Both the position numbers and the translations under genes were made by a program. From a virus: a DNA stretch of 64,000 nucleotides. This document shows, one piece after another, positions 48,371 to 58,515 of this stretch. The notes beneath the pieces were generated by a model. It was given only the letters and a program-made list of their open reading frames with translations, was not told the origin of the DNA and ran no database searches. The stretch is from positions 1 through 64,000 of IMG/VR virus record IMGVR_UViG_3300047496_000172, one strand, 5' to 3'. Numbering within the stretch: the stretch's first letter is position 1; the number at the start of each line of letters is the position of its first letter.

Positions 48371-49159
48371 ATGTCTAAAGTGACCTGGATTCTTGAACGC
48401 GATGTTTTCGCGGAAGTTTGCTTCAATGAAATGATCGATCATTTCAAGGCGAACGATATTCCTTATCGTGTCGTCAGGATCATTCCATTTATTCATGAAA
48501 TTGAAGGAAAGGTTCCGCAGGTTTCCGATCCGGTTGTCGTCTATGGCAGCATCGGTGTGCAAACCCTGGCTCAACGCCATGGATGGGTTCCTGGCGTATG
48601 GACTAATGACAATTTCGCATCTGGTGGTTCGACCGAGATTTCTGATCTTCTGGTAAACGGTTCTTTTGAAATTATGAAGTTGAGCGAAGTCGCCGACAAG
48701 GTAATGCTCGATGAATTTTTCATCAAACCCAATAGCGACAACAAAGAATTCGCTGGAATGGTTATTACTCGCGAAGAATTTGGTGTTTGGCATGCTAAGA
48801 TGCTCGACATCAACTATTTGGAAACCGATGACTTTGATGTTATCGTGGCGCCATATCGAAAGCTTGGTTGCGAATGGCGAGTGGTCGTAGTGAATGGAAA
48901 GATCAGTTCAGCATCGATCTATCGGCAATACGGTATCGTCAAGCCAGAACGTCATATTATTCCAGAAGTGGAAAGCATTGTAATGGAAGCGCATAGCCGA
49001 TTTGTGCCCGCACCAGTATATGTAGTAGACGTAGCACAGGTCGGAGATGAATACAAAATCATCGAATATAACACCTTCAATTCAGCCGGTCTGTATGCTT
49101 GTGATGTTGGAAAGATCATCGATGACATTAACGCTTTCCTTTTAGATCAAGCTCAATGA
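48371..49159 (+). CDS. ATP-grasp domain protein (DUF4343/R2K-like)
   Basis: FIKP...K.F.G, EWR..VV, YVVDV and IIEYN....G.Y. Confidence 0.8.
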   Translation: MSKVTWILERDVFAEVCFNEMIDHFKANDIPYRVVRIIPFIHEIEGKVPQVSDPVVVYGSIGVQTLAQRHGWVPGVWTNDNFASGGSTEISDLLVNGSFEIMKLSEVADKVMLDEFFIKPNSDNKEFAGMVITREEFGVWHAKMLDINYLETDDFDVIVAPYRKLGCEWRVVVVNGKISSASIYRQYGIVKPERHIIPEVESIVMEAHSRFVPAPVYVVDVAQVGDEYKIIEYNTFNSAGLYACDVGKIIDDINAFLLDQAQ

Positions 49160-49166
49160 TCTAAAT

Positions 49167-49382
49167 ATGCTCATGATAAAGTGGTCACCATTGCTGGTTT
49201 TTGGACCTATCACCGCTTTGCTGGTGGCGATGGTGATCATTCATTGGAGCAAGAAAAATTATGGTCAAGCCATGATTTATGCCACTATACTTTCTTTTTG
49301 GGTAATTTTTGAATTGCCCTTAGTTGGATGGATGGCAATACATCTTCATCAACAATTAGCTGGTCTTTTTCATTGGAGCTAA
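49167..49382 (+). CDS. Small membrane protein
   Basis: Two hydrophobic helices. Confidence 0.55.
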   Translation: MLMIKWSPLLVFGPITALLVAMVIIHWSKKNYGQAMIYATILSFWVIFELPLVGWMAIHLHQQLAGLFHWS

Positions 49383-49383
49383 A

Positions 49384-50079
49384 TTACCAAACTTGATCCA
49401 TATACCCTTTCATGAATTTTTTAGCTGACATAGACTTTCCTTTTTCGTGATTTACAACGGTATCATCTTGAAATCTTAGCGTAAAATTTTTATCAGATCG
49501 CATTCCACTACCGACTTGGTTTTTTCTATCTTTTGCGATAGCGGAATATTTTTCTGAATTACTTCTTTCGTCGAGTGTTTTTATGATCGCTTCTTTTGCG
49601 TCTCGTAGATTAGATATTCTTTCTCTTCCTTGTCTTGCTTCTATAATACCAGTTGGTATATGAATTAATCGACAAGAGTTGGGGTGACGATTTCGATGTT
49701 GGCCGCCATTTCCGGTTCCAGAGAACCATTCCACGCGAAAATCGTCATCAGATCGTTTTGAATAAATGTCTGAAGTTGTTGTTTCAGGATTTATGACAGC
49801 ACAAGTTATAGTTGAGGAATGAACGCGTCCTCGTTTTTCAGTAGGAGAAACACGCTGGGTTCTTATTCCACCAGAACCATTATGTAAAATTTCGAGATCG
49901 GCGCCAATAATTTCGATTGCAACTTCGGCATACCCTGCATCAGATGGGCGTTCTCTGACGATGCGGGACTTTCAACCTTTACGAGTCGCCAGCTTTAAAT
50001 AAGCCTTCATCAAATCAGCACAAAACATACTCGCGTCGAGTCCGCCTTCACCTGATCGTAATTCCACAATGCGAATCAT
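49384..50079 (-). CDS. Class I peptide chain release factor homolog lacking domain 1, with in-frame UGA at codon 36 (231 aa if read through)
   Basis: MIRIVELRSGEGGLDASMF...RKG*KSRI...QRVSPTEKRGRVHSS...GNGGQHRN in a single frame; SD AAGGAG and TAAATA upstream. Confidence 0.88.
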
Positions 50080-50185
50080 AATAAAATCTCCTTCGTATTT
50101 TTATTTAGCATTATAGGTTGACTTTTGTCAAGAAATTAGTTAAAAAATAATATGACAACCTTCCGGCAAACCATGGATTTTTTAA

Positions 50186-50623
50186 ATGGACAGTAATATT
50201 ACATACGAAGAGTTTGAAGAACTCTGCCGTGAAGCTATTCGCGATAAAGAAAAAGCGTATTGGTTAGCTGAAGAAGGTAATTTGAATCGATACAATCCTA
50301 CTGTCGATCTTCAATATTATACTGAAGGTAGATGGTCTACTGGCGGCCAGGGTGGCGGTAGTTGCTGGGATGAAGGTGAATCTCATTACTACGCGTTAGA
50401 AGGTGAGCAAGAGCCAAAGGACGAATATCTATCCTTGTTTTTGTTAAAAATCGTTCCAGAATTGACTTACGCGCAATTTGTAAATCTTGAAAAATCTGAA
50501 TTTTTTGAGTATTCTACGGAATATCAAAACGAATATTACGGAAATTATACGACATATGGTATTCGTAAGTTCAACTTACGAACTCTCTATGATGTTTTAA
50601 AACAGATGTCTGTAAATGGATAG
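50186..50623 (+). CDS. Hypothetical protein, paralog of 50616
   Basis: Shared W..GG..GG.CW and EYYGNYT.Y. Confidence 0.7.
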   Translation: MDSNITYEEFEELCREAIRDKEKAYWLAEEGNLNRYNPTVDLQYYTEGRWSTGGQGGGSCWDEGESHYYALEGEQEPKDEYLSLFLLKIVPELTYAQFVNLEKSEFFEYSTEYQNEYYGNYTTYGIRKFNLRTLYDVLKQMSVNG

Positions 50624-51050
50624 CAATACGACATACGAAGAATTCGAGAACAAAGTCAGAGATGTTATTATCTCTGTCCATAAGCCGCAAATCTGCGTCA
50701 GAGATAATAAGGCCAAGGTTGGATACAAATACATTCCAGATACGAAATTTGATATTAACACTTATCTAACGCTTAAATGGGAAATTGGTGGAGCCAGGGG
50801 CGGAAATTGTTGGGGTGATGATGCTTGCCAATATACCAGCTATACAGAAGAACCCGATTTTACTTTATTGGATAGCATCTTAGAAGCAATTGTTCCTGAT
50901 ATTTCTTTTTTGAAATACAAATCAATCGTTTCGCAAGTTATCATAAGAAAAAGTGGGACTGATATGGAGTATTATGGAAATTATACTGATTATAAGACCA
51001 AAACTCTTGATCTTCAAAAACTTTATTATTTGTTGTTTGGTGACCAATGA
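50616..51050 (+). CDS. Hypothetical protein, paralog of 50186
   Basis: Same motifs as 50186..50623; MDSN.TYEEFE start. Confidence 0.7.
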   Translation: MDSNTTYEEFENKVRDVIISVHKPQICVRDNKAKVGYKYIPDTKFDINTYLTLKWEIGGARGGNCWGDDACQYTSYTEEPDFTLLDSILEAIVPDISFLKYKSIVSQVIIRKSGTDMEYYGNYTDYKTKTLDLQKLYYLLFGDQ

Positions 51051-51442
51051 TCGAAGTAAAAGTTCTGGTAGGATTGCCTGGATCGGGTAAATCTTACTAT
51101 GCCAACACGATTGTTGATGCTGAGACAACCATCATTGATGATTTGAATAGAAATCTGACGGCATTAGAAGAATTCAAAAATAATCCTACGTCAAAATTGA
51201 TCATTACTGATCCCTCAGCTTCACTATCATCTCCTGATAAAATAAAAGAAAAGGTTATTCAATGGCTCGGTGAAGATGCGACAGTTGATATCTTCGCATT
51301 TGAAAATGATTTAGAAGCTTGCTGGGCTAATGTCGTTCGGCGAAATGATGGTCGGATCATATCTAAACCCTACATGAAATCGTTGAGTAAGTTTTACGAT
51401 CCAGCCATATTTGATAAAATTTTACCTGTTTATCGACCTTAA
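51047..51442 (+). CDS. P-loop kinase (PNK/AAA_33-like)
   Basis: VGLPGSGKS, IDD and C..N...R. Confidence 0.7.
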   Translation: MIEVKVLVGLPGSGKSYYANTIVDAETTIIDDLNRNLTALEEFKNNPTSKLIITDPSASLSSPDKIKEKVIQWLGEDATVDIFAFENDLEACWANVVRRNDGRIISKPYMKSLSKFYDPAIFDKILPVYRP

Positions 51443-52200
51443 AGTTTGATCAATCCATTTAATGTTACTATATTAGTAGCCGAAGCGGGGTCTGTCCCAA
51501 ATACTATTTGGTTATAACCACCAAACCCAAGAAATCCACTAGATTTAGCGACGCTATAATATGGTAAAAAATTAATACCATCTCCTGGCCATCCTATGTA
51601 TATATTTGTTCCATTATCATGAAGTTGATACCAAGTTGGAACATACATAAAATCGCCACCTGTTGCCAAATCATATGAATTTAGACTTGTAGGATTATCG
51701 TATTTTTTATGAACTACTCGATTGTTAGTTTGTGGGGCGATACCTTCTATTTTACCGGAAACACTGTCACACCATCCAATCATCATTAGCGGACCACCAT
51801 CACCACTGGTGCTAATAAAATTCACAAGAAAATTGACTGTATAAGGTGGAGTTGGTGCTGTCATAGCTAATAAATGTAATCCATCATTAGAATTTCCTAT
51901 TATGCTTACACCAGGAAGACCCGCAGTAGCATTTGCGGTAGATTGGTTTATCCAGCCTATATCAAAAGTAGCAAGATTAGGAACAGGAATGCCAGCAGCA
52001 ACGTTTGCTATTGCGGCATTGGTATAACTTTCAGAAGTAGCAATAGCATAAGTCACTTGAGTATTAGTATAGTTGGTTGCTGCCAAATTTATTTGATCAG
52101 GCGTGATTTTCACATTCACGCCGCCTTGGACACCAGCCAAGTATTCACCACCGCCTAGAGTTGATGCATTCGCAAATGCTGAAATTTTTGTGTTAGCCAT
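51439..52200 (-). CDS. Tail fibre/receptor-binding-like protein
   Basis: MANTKIS...GVQGG.NVK fibre-type N-terminus and a beta-rich body. Confidence 0.6.
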   Translation of the reverse strand: MANTKISAFANASTLGGGEYLAGVQGGVNVKITPDQINLAATNYTNTQVTYAIATSESYTNAAIANVAAGIPVPNLATFDIGWINQSTANATAGLPGVSIIGNSNDGLHLLAMTAPTPPYTVNFLVNFISTSGDGGPLMMIGWCDSVSGKIEGIAPQTNNRVVHKKYDNPTSLNSYDLATGGDFMYVPTWYQLHDNGTNIYIGWPGDGINFLPYYSVAKSSGFLGFGGYNQIVFGTDPASATNIVTLNGLIKL

Positions 52201-52964
52201 TATGTTACCTCTAATTCAATATATCCAGAACCATCTTCAAGTTCATATTCGCCACTACCATCCTCCAATTCCATTCCAAATGATTCTAAGCTTGGAGCAA
52301 TAGGAGTCCCATACAATCCTATATTTACCTTCCTCAAAAATAAATTAACATCTGAAACGGTATTGTTGGTGACACCCAACATGTAATACGGTCCATCTTT
52401 GTCTTGACTCAATGCACTAATTGAAAAAGTTAAACTATCGACATCGATGATGGTATTCTGAGTATCTTGAATAACGGTTGAATTTCCTGCGGCCATTACT
52501 TGAACAACACCGGATTTTGTTGGTGAACTACCATCTATGTAAAAACCATGATATTCAAATTTTGCAGAAATTATATTTCCATCTAAACGAGTTGGAATGG
52601 CAAGAGTGTTACTATAATCTGAAAAAAGAATAGGACCACTATACAAACCCGGAATAACCGTAGGGACGAAGAAATCGTTTCTATTTTGATCCATATAAAA
52701 TTGATTAAATAGTTGCTGATTTACTGGACTTGCTTCGGTCAAAACTTCAATATTTTGATACGGAAAAGTCGTTCTCTGATAGTTTATATCTCCAACATTT
52801 GGAGTATGGCCTATAAACATTCTACCAGTGTCGGTCGAAAATGCAGGCTCTCCGACCGCCAAGGGTTTATTAAAAACGGGTGGAGAGGTTGAAATGGGTG
52901 AGCCAGGAAGTAAACTCTCTTTACCTCTTCTGAATTTTATTTTTCCAACCAAAATTATAGACAT
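52200..52964 (-). CDS. Tail-associated protein with an Mtd-N-like module
   Basis: IKFRRG....L..GEPAFSTDT.R.FIG. Confidence 0.65.
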   Translation of the reverse strand: MSIILVGKIKFRRGKESLLPGSPISTSPPVFNKPLAVGEPAFSTDTGRMFIGHTPNVGDINYQRTTFPYQNIEVLTEASPVNQQLFNQFYMDQNRNDFFVPTVIPGLYSGPILFSDYSNTLAIPTRLDGNIISAKFEYHGFYIDGSSPTKSGVVQVMAAGNSTVIQDTQNTIIDVDSLTFSISALSQDKDGPYYMLGVTNNTVSDVNLFLRKVNIGLYGTPIAPSLESFGMELEDGSGEYELEDGSGYIELEVT

Positions 52965-53011
52965 AGTGTATTTATGATTGTTTAAATTTTATCATTAAAT
53001 ATAGAGGTAGT

Positions 53012-54040
53012 TCACGATATTACTATTCGTCTCATATATAGACTTATGTTGTTTAAAGTTAAATTTAAGATGTTCAACATATAATATGTGCCGCCTCCAT
53101 CAGATTGAGCAGAACCTACTGAAAATTGTAAACTCGTGCTTCCATTCAATAAATTAAAGTCAGATACAGAACTTTGATCGTATTGATTGGCTAAAATTCG
53201 TAAAGTGCCATTTTCCAATGGTGAATATGTCGAGCCTATAACTTTGAAAGCATGGTATTCGAATGCGGCAGAAACATTCGCTCCATAAATTTTGGAAGGA
53301 ATAACTGGAATATCTGTTACATCGGAATATGTTATTGGGCCATTATAGTTTCCAGTTATTACAGTTGGAGGGAAAAAGGCATCTTGATTTTGATTTCTTA
53401 CGAAATGATCGAATAATTCCTTCATTCTTGGAGAAGTCTCGGTCAAAACTTCTATATTTTGATATGGAAAAACAAGACGATGATAATCTACATCGCCGGG
53501 TTTAGGGGTATGACCTATAAGGACTCGACTGGTATCCGTGGTGAAAGCCAATTCCCCGACATCCAAACTTTTTGGGAAAACTATTGGAGGAAATCCCTTT
53601 GGAACTCCTGGTAATTCTGCCTCGGTTCCTCTGCGAAATTGAGTTGATTTTACCGTAATTTGATTGGCGACGATGTTGTTTACGACTTGTGATATACCTG
53701 AACCAAAAACCGTAGAAACTCCGTGAGATGATCCTACTCCGGAATCATGAATAACAGTAGCATTAGCATCTCCTGATGCTACAGCAACACCATTACTTGT
53801 TCCATTAGCAAATTGATAGGTATTTAAAATTACATAAGCAACAACTTTTGAAATTCTTGTGAAGTCAGGTTGAAATCCGGTTGCAACATAGCCAACAGAT
53901 TTATAAACGTGAATTTGTTCGTTATTACCATCAGGCGTAGTTACGGTATACCCTACAACTTTAGGGACTGTTAAAGTATTTGATTGCGCTCCTTGGGCAG
54001 CATAACTTACTATTTTTGATGTTGAAATATAATCTACCAC
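53012..54040 (-). CDS. Tail-associated protein with N-terminal xKVVxY repeats and an Mtd-N-like module
   Basis: SKIVSY/PKVVGY/YKSVGY/SKVVAY repeats; QFRRG...GELAFTTDT. Confidence 0.65.
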   Translation of the reverse strand: MVDYISTSKIVSYAAQGAQSNTLTVPKVVGYTVTTPDGNNEQIHVYKSVGYVATGFQPDFTRISKVVAYVILNTYQFANGTSNGVAVASGDANATVIHDSGVGSSHGVSTVFGSGISQVVNNIVANQITVKSTQFRRGTEAELPGVPKGFPPIVFPKSLDVGELAFTTDTSRVLIGHTPKPGDVDYHRLVFPYQNIEVLTETSPRMKELFDHFVRNQNQDAFFPPTVITGNYNGPITYSDVTDIPVIPSKIYGANVSAAFEYHAFKVIGSTYSPLENGTLRILANQYDQSSVSDFNLLNGSTSLQFSVGSAQSDGGGTYYMLNILNLTLNNISLYMRRIVIS

Positions 54041-54049
54041 AATAATCCT

Positions 54050-54268
54050 TTAAGCTATGCTTTTTACTCCATATAATCCAGCAAGATCATCAGCTTGCCA
54101 AGCTACATTGGTATTTGGATTAATATTCCATACATTTTCTGTTGCTCTATAATCAGAACCTAAAGGAACAGAATTAGAAGTATATTCTGTTCCACCTTCG
54201 TAAATAGTATTATCAGATGGAACAAATGCTCCCATTTCACCGCCAGCAAAAATTATTGTATTAGGCAT
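54050..54268 (-). pseudogene. Internally deleted paralog of 54287..55267
   Basis: The first ~24 aa and last ~48 aa match the neighbour; about 250 aa are missing, in frame. Confidence 0.75.
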
Positions 54269-54286
54269 ATATTCCTTTCTTTCCTT

Positions 54287-55267
54287 TTAGGCGACACTTA
54301 CTACGCCATAATATAATCCAGCAAGATCAGAAGCTTGCCAAGCTACATTAGTATTTGGATTAATATTCCAAACATTTCCATTAGCTCTAAAATCAGTTCC
54401 TAAATCTACAGAATTTGAAGTATATTCTGTTCCTCCAACATTTAATTCTAATTGAAGATGCTGTGGACCATCTACACCACAACTTGCTCTTGCCGTGACA
54501 GCCACGGCGATTATCTCACCATTCACTGACCCAGGTTGAGAAAAATTAGAAGTCAATCCTGCGGTATTTGCGGAAATATAATTAGTATCATTGTAACTAA
54601 TTTCATTTACATCAGTATAAGTTCCATTCCATTGATCTGTTAAGCCATTAGCTGTAATAGGAATAGTGGATAATTTATAGCCAATCGTAGATTGTGTTGC
54701 TATTATAAGTTGGCTCCATTCTATCCACTGCCAATAACCGTCCTGAGGAACACCGTAAAGAAATATTTTAGATATGTTTGTTCCCGTAATATTAGCGGTA
54801 TCGGTAGTCAGCAATGTTCCTTGAGAATAGAAAGAAGCCGCGCCGCTTGAACCCAGAGTTATATGGAAATCAAAATTTCCGCGACCAATTCCACGTTTAT
54901 ATGCTACATAACAAGAAGAACCAATTTGCACCCAAGATGATCCATTCCACCAAAACATCGCGATATAACTAAAAGAATCTGTATTAATAGCAAATACTGG
55001 ATTGTCAGAATCATCAACAAAAACTAGAGAATTTACGTTACTGCCGCCGCCCTGGACTGATACGGATAATTCACAATGAAACCAAAAATCTGTTAAATTT
55101 TCAAATTTATATGAACGTAAAAATGATGATGTGGCACCTTGTAGCCGCAATGCACATCTTGCATACGCGCTATCATAGCTAGCATCTGAAACCGCTTCAT
55201 ATGAACTGCTATCAGATGGAACGAAATTTCCCATTTCAGCACCGGCAAATATTATTGTATTAGGCAT
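54287..55267 (-). CDS. Virion tail/lectin-like protein
   Basis: Beta-rich; C-terminal NPNT..AW...DL..L..GV motif. Confidence 0.6.
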   Translation of the reverse strand: MPNTIIFAGAEMGNFVPSDSSSYEAVSDASYDSAYARCALRLQGATSSFLRSYKFENLTDFWFHCELSVSVQGGGSNVNSLVFVDDSDNPVFAINTDSFSYIAMFWWNGSSWVQIGSSCYVAYKRGIGRGNFDFHITLGSSGAASFYSQGTLLTTDTANITGTNISKIFLYGVPQDGYWQWIEWSQLIIATQSTIGYKLSTIPITANGLTDQWNGTYTDVNEISYNDTNYISANTAGLTSNFSQPGSVNGEIIAVAVTARASCGVDGPQHLQLELNVGGTEYTSNSVDLGTDFRANGNVWNINPNTNVAWQASDLAGLYYGVVSVA

Positions 55268-55320
55268 ATCACAACTCCATTAATAGTGTGTTATGTATTT
55301 ATGTGTATCTCTACAATTTA

Positions 55321-55510
55321 TTAGGATACTGTTGGCGTGGTAATTATAGTTTTACGCATAAAAATAATTACAGTATTTCCATTATTTGAAACGTTTATGT
55401 TGAAATATTGATCATATATTCCTTCTATATATGAAGGTTTACTACATCAATCCAATTTGCCAGAAGCCCATAATATAGACGTCAAAACCATCCATCATAA
55501 CTATAGCCAT
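55321..55510 (-). pseudogene. Deletion scar joining a tail-gene start to the 3' end of a 36922-like gene
   Basis: SD plus MAIVMMDGFDVY..., then out of frame KPSYIEGIYDQYFNINVSNNGNTVIIFMRK, which matches the 36922 C-terminus. Confidence 0.7.
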
Positions 55511-55543
55511 AATAATACTCCAAAAATATAAGGTATTTATCCG

Positions 55544-56644
55544 TTATAATGGAGGCGCGGAATCAGCGTTTGGTATAGATGCGTTAGAATAATAGGTTGG
55601 GTTTGTATTACCATCAACATAGGGATATATTGCTAATAGTTGATAATATGATCCTTCTAAATTATTACCGGCTGTCGTATTAAAATCTGGCGTTTGTTCA
55701 GGTAGAATTTGAAATTGAAACAAAGATGAAATAGGATCGCTTGGTCCCCAATTTACGGGGGTTGCACCGTTTACGGAAAAAAATGTGTCTCCTGTAGTAG
55801 AATTATATCCTAAAACAGTTCTAAAAACGGTTGTATTGGCTACTGATTGTGGATTGAAACCATTTCTAGTTAATCGAAAGGATGCAAGACAATTACCTTG
55901 AGACGATCTTCCTTGAGAGGTTATGACTAGATTATTACCGCCTCCCATAAATAAATCCCATTCAGCCGTGTTAGAATAATCAGGTCCACCAAACCATTGA
56001 TTATTGGTTATTTGGCAAACAAGCGTAAAACTACAATTTAACATGTATTCGGTTATAAAATCTTGTAAAAGAGTAGTTCCTAATATACCATTACCTTCGA
56101 AATTAACATCTGCTAATGTTCCTGATGGATTTAATACTGCGGCACCAATAGCAAAACCATTTGCGGTTTCTGAAAGATTCCATGTTGTCTGATTTCCACC
56201 ATAAAATCCAGAATTAGCGACAGGTGGTATAAAGAAATCGCTCATTGCATAAGTAGAACCATTAGCGGTATATACTCTGGATACTGAATTACAATAAAGT
56301 TCAGGCTCTATGGTTGGCGGCCCTGGTGGAGAAGGGGATGCCCCATCTATGAAAATTGGATTATAAAAAGCCGTGCGATCTTGATTTCTTACTTGCTGAC
56401 TAAAAATTTCTCTATTTCTTGGAGAAACTTCGGTAAGAATTTCGATTGCGGTTTGTGGAAATCGATCTCTATCAAAGTTTATATTGCCTGAGGAAGGATC
56501 GTGACCAATAACCAATCTTGCGGTATCGGTGGAAAACGCCATTTCACTTGAATTCAAAGAAGTAGTGACGACATTTGCTTGAACATCACTTTTCAATTTT
56601 ATTCTATTTGTTGAAATAATCATCGAGCCATTCCCTTGTTTCAT
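55544..56644 (-). CDS. Tail-associated chimeric protein (Mtd-N-like module plus an unrelated beta domain)
   Basis: EMAFSTDTARLVIGH ... IEILTE.SP ... FYNP, then a Pro linker. Confidence 0.6.
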   Translation of the reverse strand: MKQGNGSMIISTNRIKLKSDVQANVVTTSLNSSEMAFSTDTARLVIGHDPSSGNINFDRDRFPQTAIEILTEVSPRNREIFSQQVRNQDRTAFYNPIFIDGASPSPPGPPTIEPELYCNSVSRVYTANGSTYAMSDFFIPPVANSGFYGGNQTTWNLSETANGFAIGAAVLNPSGTLADVNFEGNGILGTTLLQDFITEYMLNCSFTLVCQITNNQWFGGPDYSNTAEWDLFMGGGNNLVITSQGRSSQGNCLASFRLTRNGFNPQSVANTTVFRTVLGYNSTTGDTFFSVNGATPVNWGPSDPISSLFQFQILPEQTPDFNTTAGNNLEGSYYQLLAIYPYVDGNTNPTYYSNASIPNADSAPPL

Positions 56645-56695
56645 ATATTTATGAAATAGCTTGACGAATGAAATTTTTGTTGTATAAATTAAAAC

Positions 56696-56977
56696 TTGAT
56701 AAGAAGGAGACTCATATTAATGTCTGAAAAGGTTGAATGGTTCGATTTGAATGACGCTCCTAAGGACGGAACATATGTTCGTCTTCGCATTTCGGCGATG
56801 ACCACGATTTTGGATGATCATCCTGGAAGATTTCATTTCAAGACAGTCAAGGCTCGGTGGAGTCCTGGCAAAAGTGTTGATCCAAATGCTCAATGGTGGT
56901 CGCCACATTGGACCAGTGTAGATGGGAGTTGCTTCTACGATCTTCCAGAAAATTGGCGACCGATGACTTCGGCTTGA
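56696..56977 (+). CDS. DUF551-like small phage protein
   Basis: W....APKDGT ... P..WRP. Confidence 0.55.
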   Translation: MIRRRLILMSEKVEWFDLNDAPKDGTYVRLRISAMTTILDDHPGRFHFKTVKARWSPGKSVDPNAQWWSPHWTSVDGSCFYDLPENWRPMTSA

Positions 56978-57034
56978 CAGCCTTTATATTTGTGATAAAG
57001 TAGTTTCATAAATTAGAGCATAAGGAGTTAAACT

Positions 57035-57604
57035 ATGAAGGCGAAGATCGAACGAACCGTTTCTCCCGAATATAGCCATCGCCAGACCGAATATCGCGGT
57101 TTTGGGATCGTTCCTAAGAATGATTTCGGCCAAAGTGGATATCTTGTTCATGGTCATATGGTCACCGAAGGCTATATCGTGACGGAAAATGGTTGTAATG
57201 CCCTTCCAGGCGCCATGTGGGTGCTGACGGTCCAACAAGCCAAGGATGCGATTGATGATTTGCTCAAGGCTCGCGAAGATGGCAATAGCGGAAGTGAACA
57301 TCCTTTCCATAAGCGAAATCGCCTTCGCCGTTCGCTGAACAGTCGTTCGCTCGAACTGTTTGAAGCGGTCATCCATCATCTGGAAGAAACCTATGATGCG
57401 ACTGGTGGCCCTTCTCCGGAACTGGCCAAGGTTCTTCTTGGAATCATCGATGATTGCGATACGCGCACCACGATTACTCGGCGGATTGGGGAGTATGATC
57501 CGCAAATGATTGATATTTTCGCTCAGTATGGTCTCACTGGTTATCCGAGTTTGGGCGAAGGTCTTCGTTTTCTTAAAATTGATAACAATGGCGATGGAGA
57601 ATAA
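57035..57604 (+). CDS. Hypothetical protein
   Basis: Promoter and SD AAGGAG upstream. Confidence 0.65.
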   Translation: MKAKIERTVSPEYSHRQTEYRGFGIVPKNDFGQSGYLVHGHMVTEGYIVTENGCNALPGAMWVLTVQQAKDAIDDLLKAREDGNSGSEHPFHKRNRLRRSLNSRSLELFEAVIHHLEETYDATGGPSPELAKVLLGIIDDCDTRTTITRRIGEYDPQMIDIFAQYGLTGYPSLGEGLRFLKIDNNGDGE

Positions 57605-57606
57605 AT

Positions 57607-57891
57607 ATGGCCACTCCTAAGGGTATTCTCGTCATTCTTATTGATCCTGAAGGTAAAGTTTGGGGTAAAGGCGCGGACTTTGACACCTTTAAGGGTGGAG
57701 ATTCGAACCTTAAGACGGCTCAAGAAAGACGTGCCAATATAGCGTTGGCTAAGGATTTTTTCCACAACACTTGTTCGCCTGTTGTCGGGGATATTCTTGC
57801 GAACGATTTTCAAGGATCGCAAATCATTCGGAGAATTCTGGAAAAGGGTTGGCGACTGGACACTACGGAGATTGGTTATGAGGAGAATTAA
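57607..57891 (+). CDS. Hypothetical protein
   Basis: SD GGAG; co-oriented. Confidence 0.6.
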   Translation: MATPKGILVILIDPEGKVWGKGADFDTFKGGDSNLKTAQERRANIALAKDFFHNTCSPVVGDILANDFQGSQIIRRILEKGWRLDTTEIGYEEN

Positions 57892-58185
57892 AAATGATGT
57901 ATGATGATTTGCCGGATGTACCGGATTTATTTTTTGTAAGTTTTGAAAATGATGATCCAGACATTGGATTTTTCCTTCAATTTTTTGGTGAAACGGCTGA
58001 TGCAACGTTGGATGGTATTTCGTTCATGGTTGATGCTGAAAAATTGATGGCATCATTTTAGTAAACGAAGATAATTGACACAAAAATATTTTAAATTTAT
58101 GATCTGAATCTAACGAAAGGGATTTTATGAAAACGTTCGGATATTTTATGGTAGTCACTCTTATTATTGCGGCAATTCCACAATA

Positions 58186-58515
58186 ATGGACGCTTTGCGT
58201 AAAGCGGCACTTCTGACCCTAGAAGGGTTGGATGTGCCGAATACAAAGCAATATACTAATATTGCTGGTTATGATATTCAAATTAGAACTGAATGGGCCT
58301 TCACTAATCTTGTTTGGATGAAACAAACATGTATAGATAATATTGAAACTTTTCCAATTGATAAAATAAATCGTTGGATTGGTTTCATACAAGGTGCCCT
58401 TGCTGCTCAAGGTATGCTTAATGTGTCCCAAGAGCGAGATCGCACTCGACCATTTTTTCATGCAGCGTATAAAGAATTGGAAATAAATATTCCAGATACC
58501 TTGACTAAACCTTAG
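58186..58515 (+). CDS. Hypothetical phage protein
   Basis: DK..RW.GF.QG...ERDRTRP pattern. Confidence 0.6.
   Translation: MDALRKAALLTLEGLDVPNTKQYTNIAGYDIQIRTEWAFTNLVWMKQTCIDNIETFPIDKINRWIGFIQGALAAQGMLNVSQERDRTRPFFHAAYKELEINIPDTLTKP

Noticed and set aside
54050-54440. Diversity-generating retroelement TR/VR pair
   Set aside because: Mismatches between the two ~145-bp copies are not adenine-specific, and no reverse transcriptase is present in the window. This looks like ordinary paralogy.
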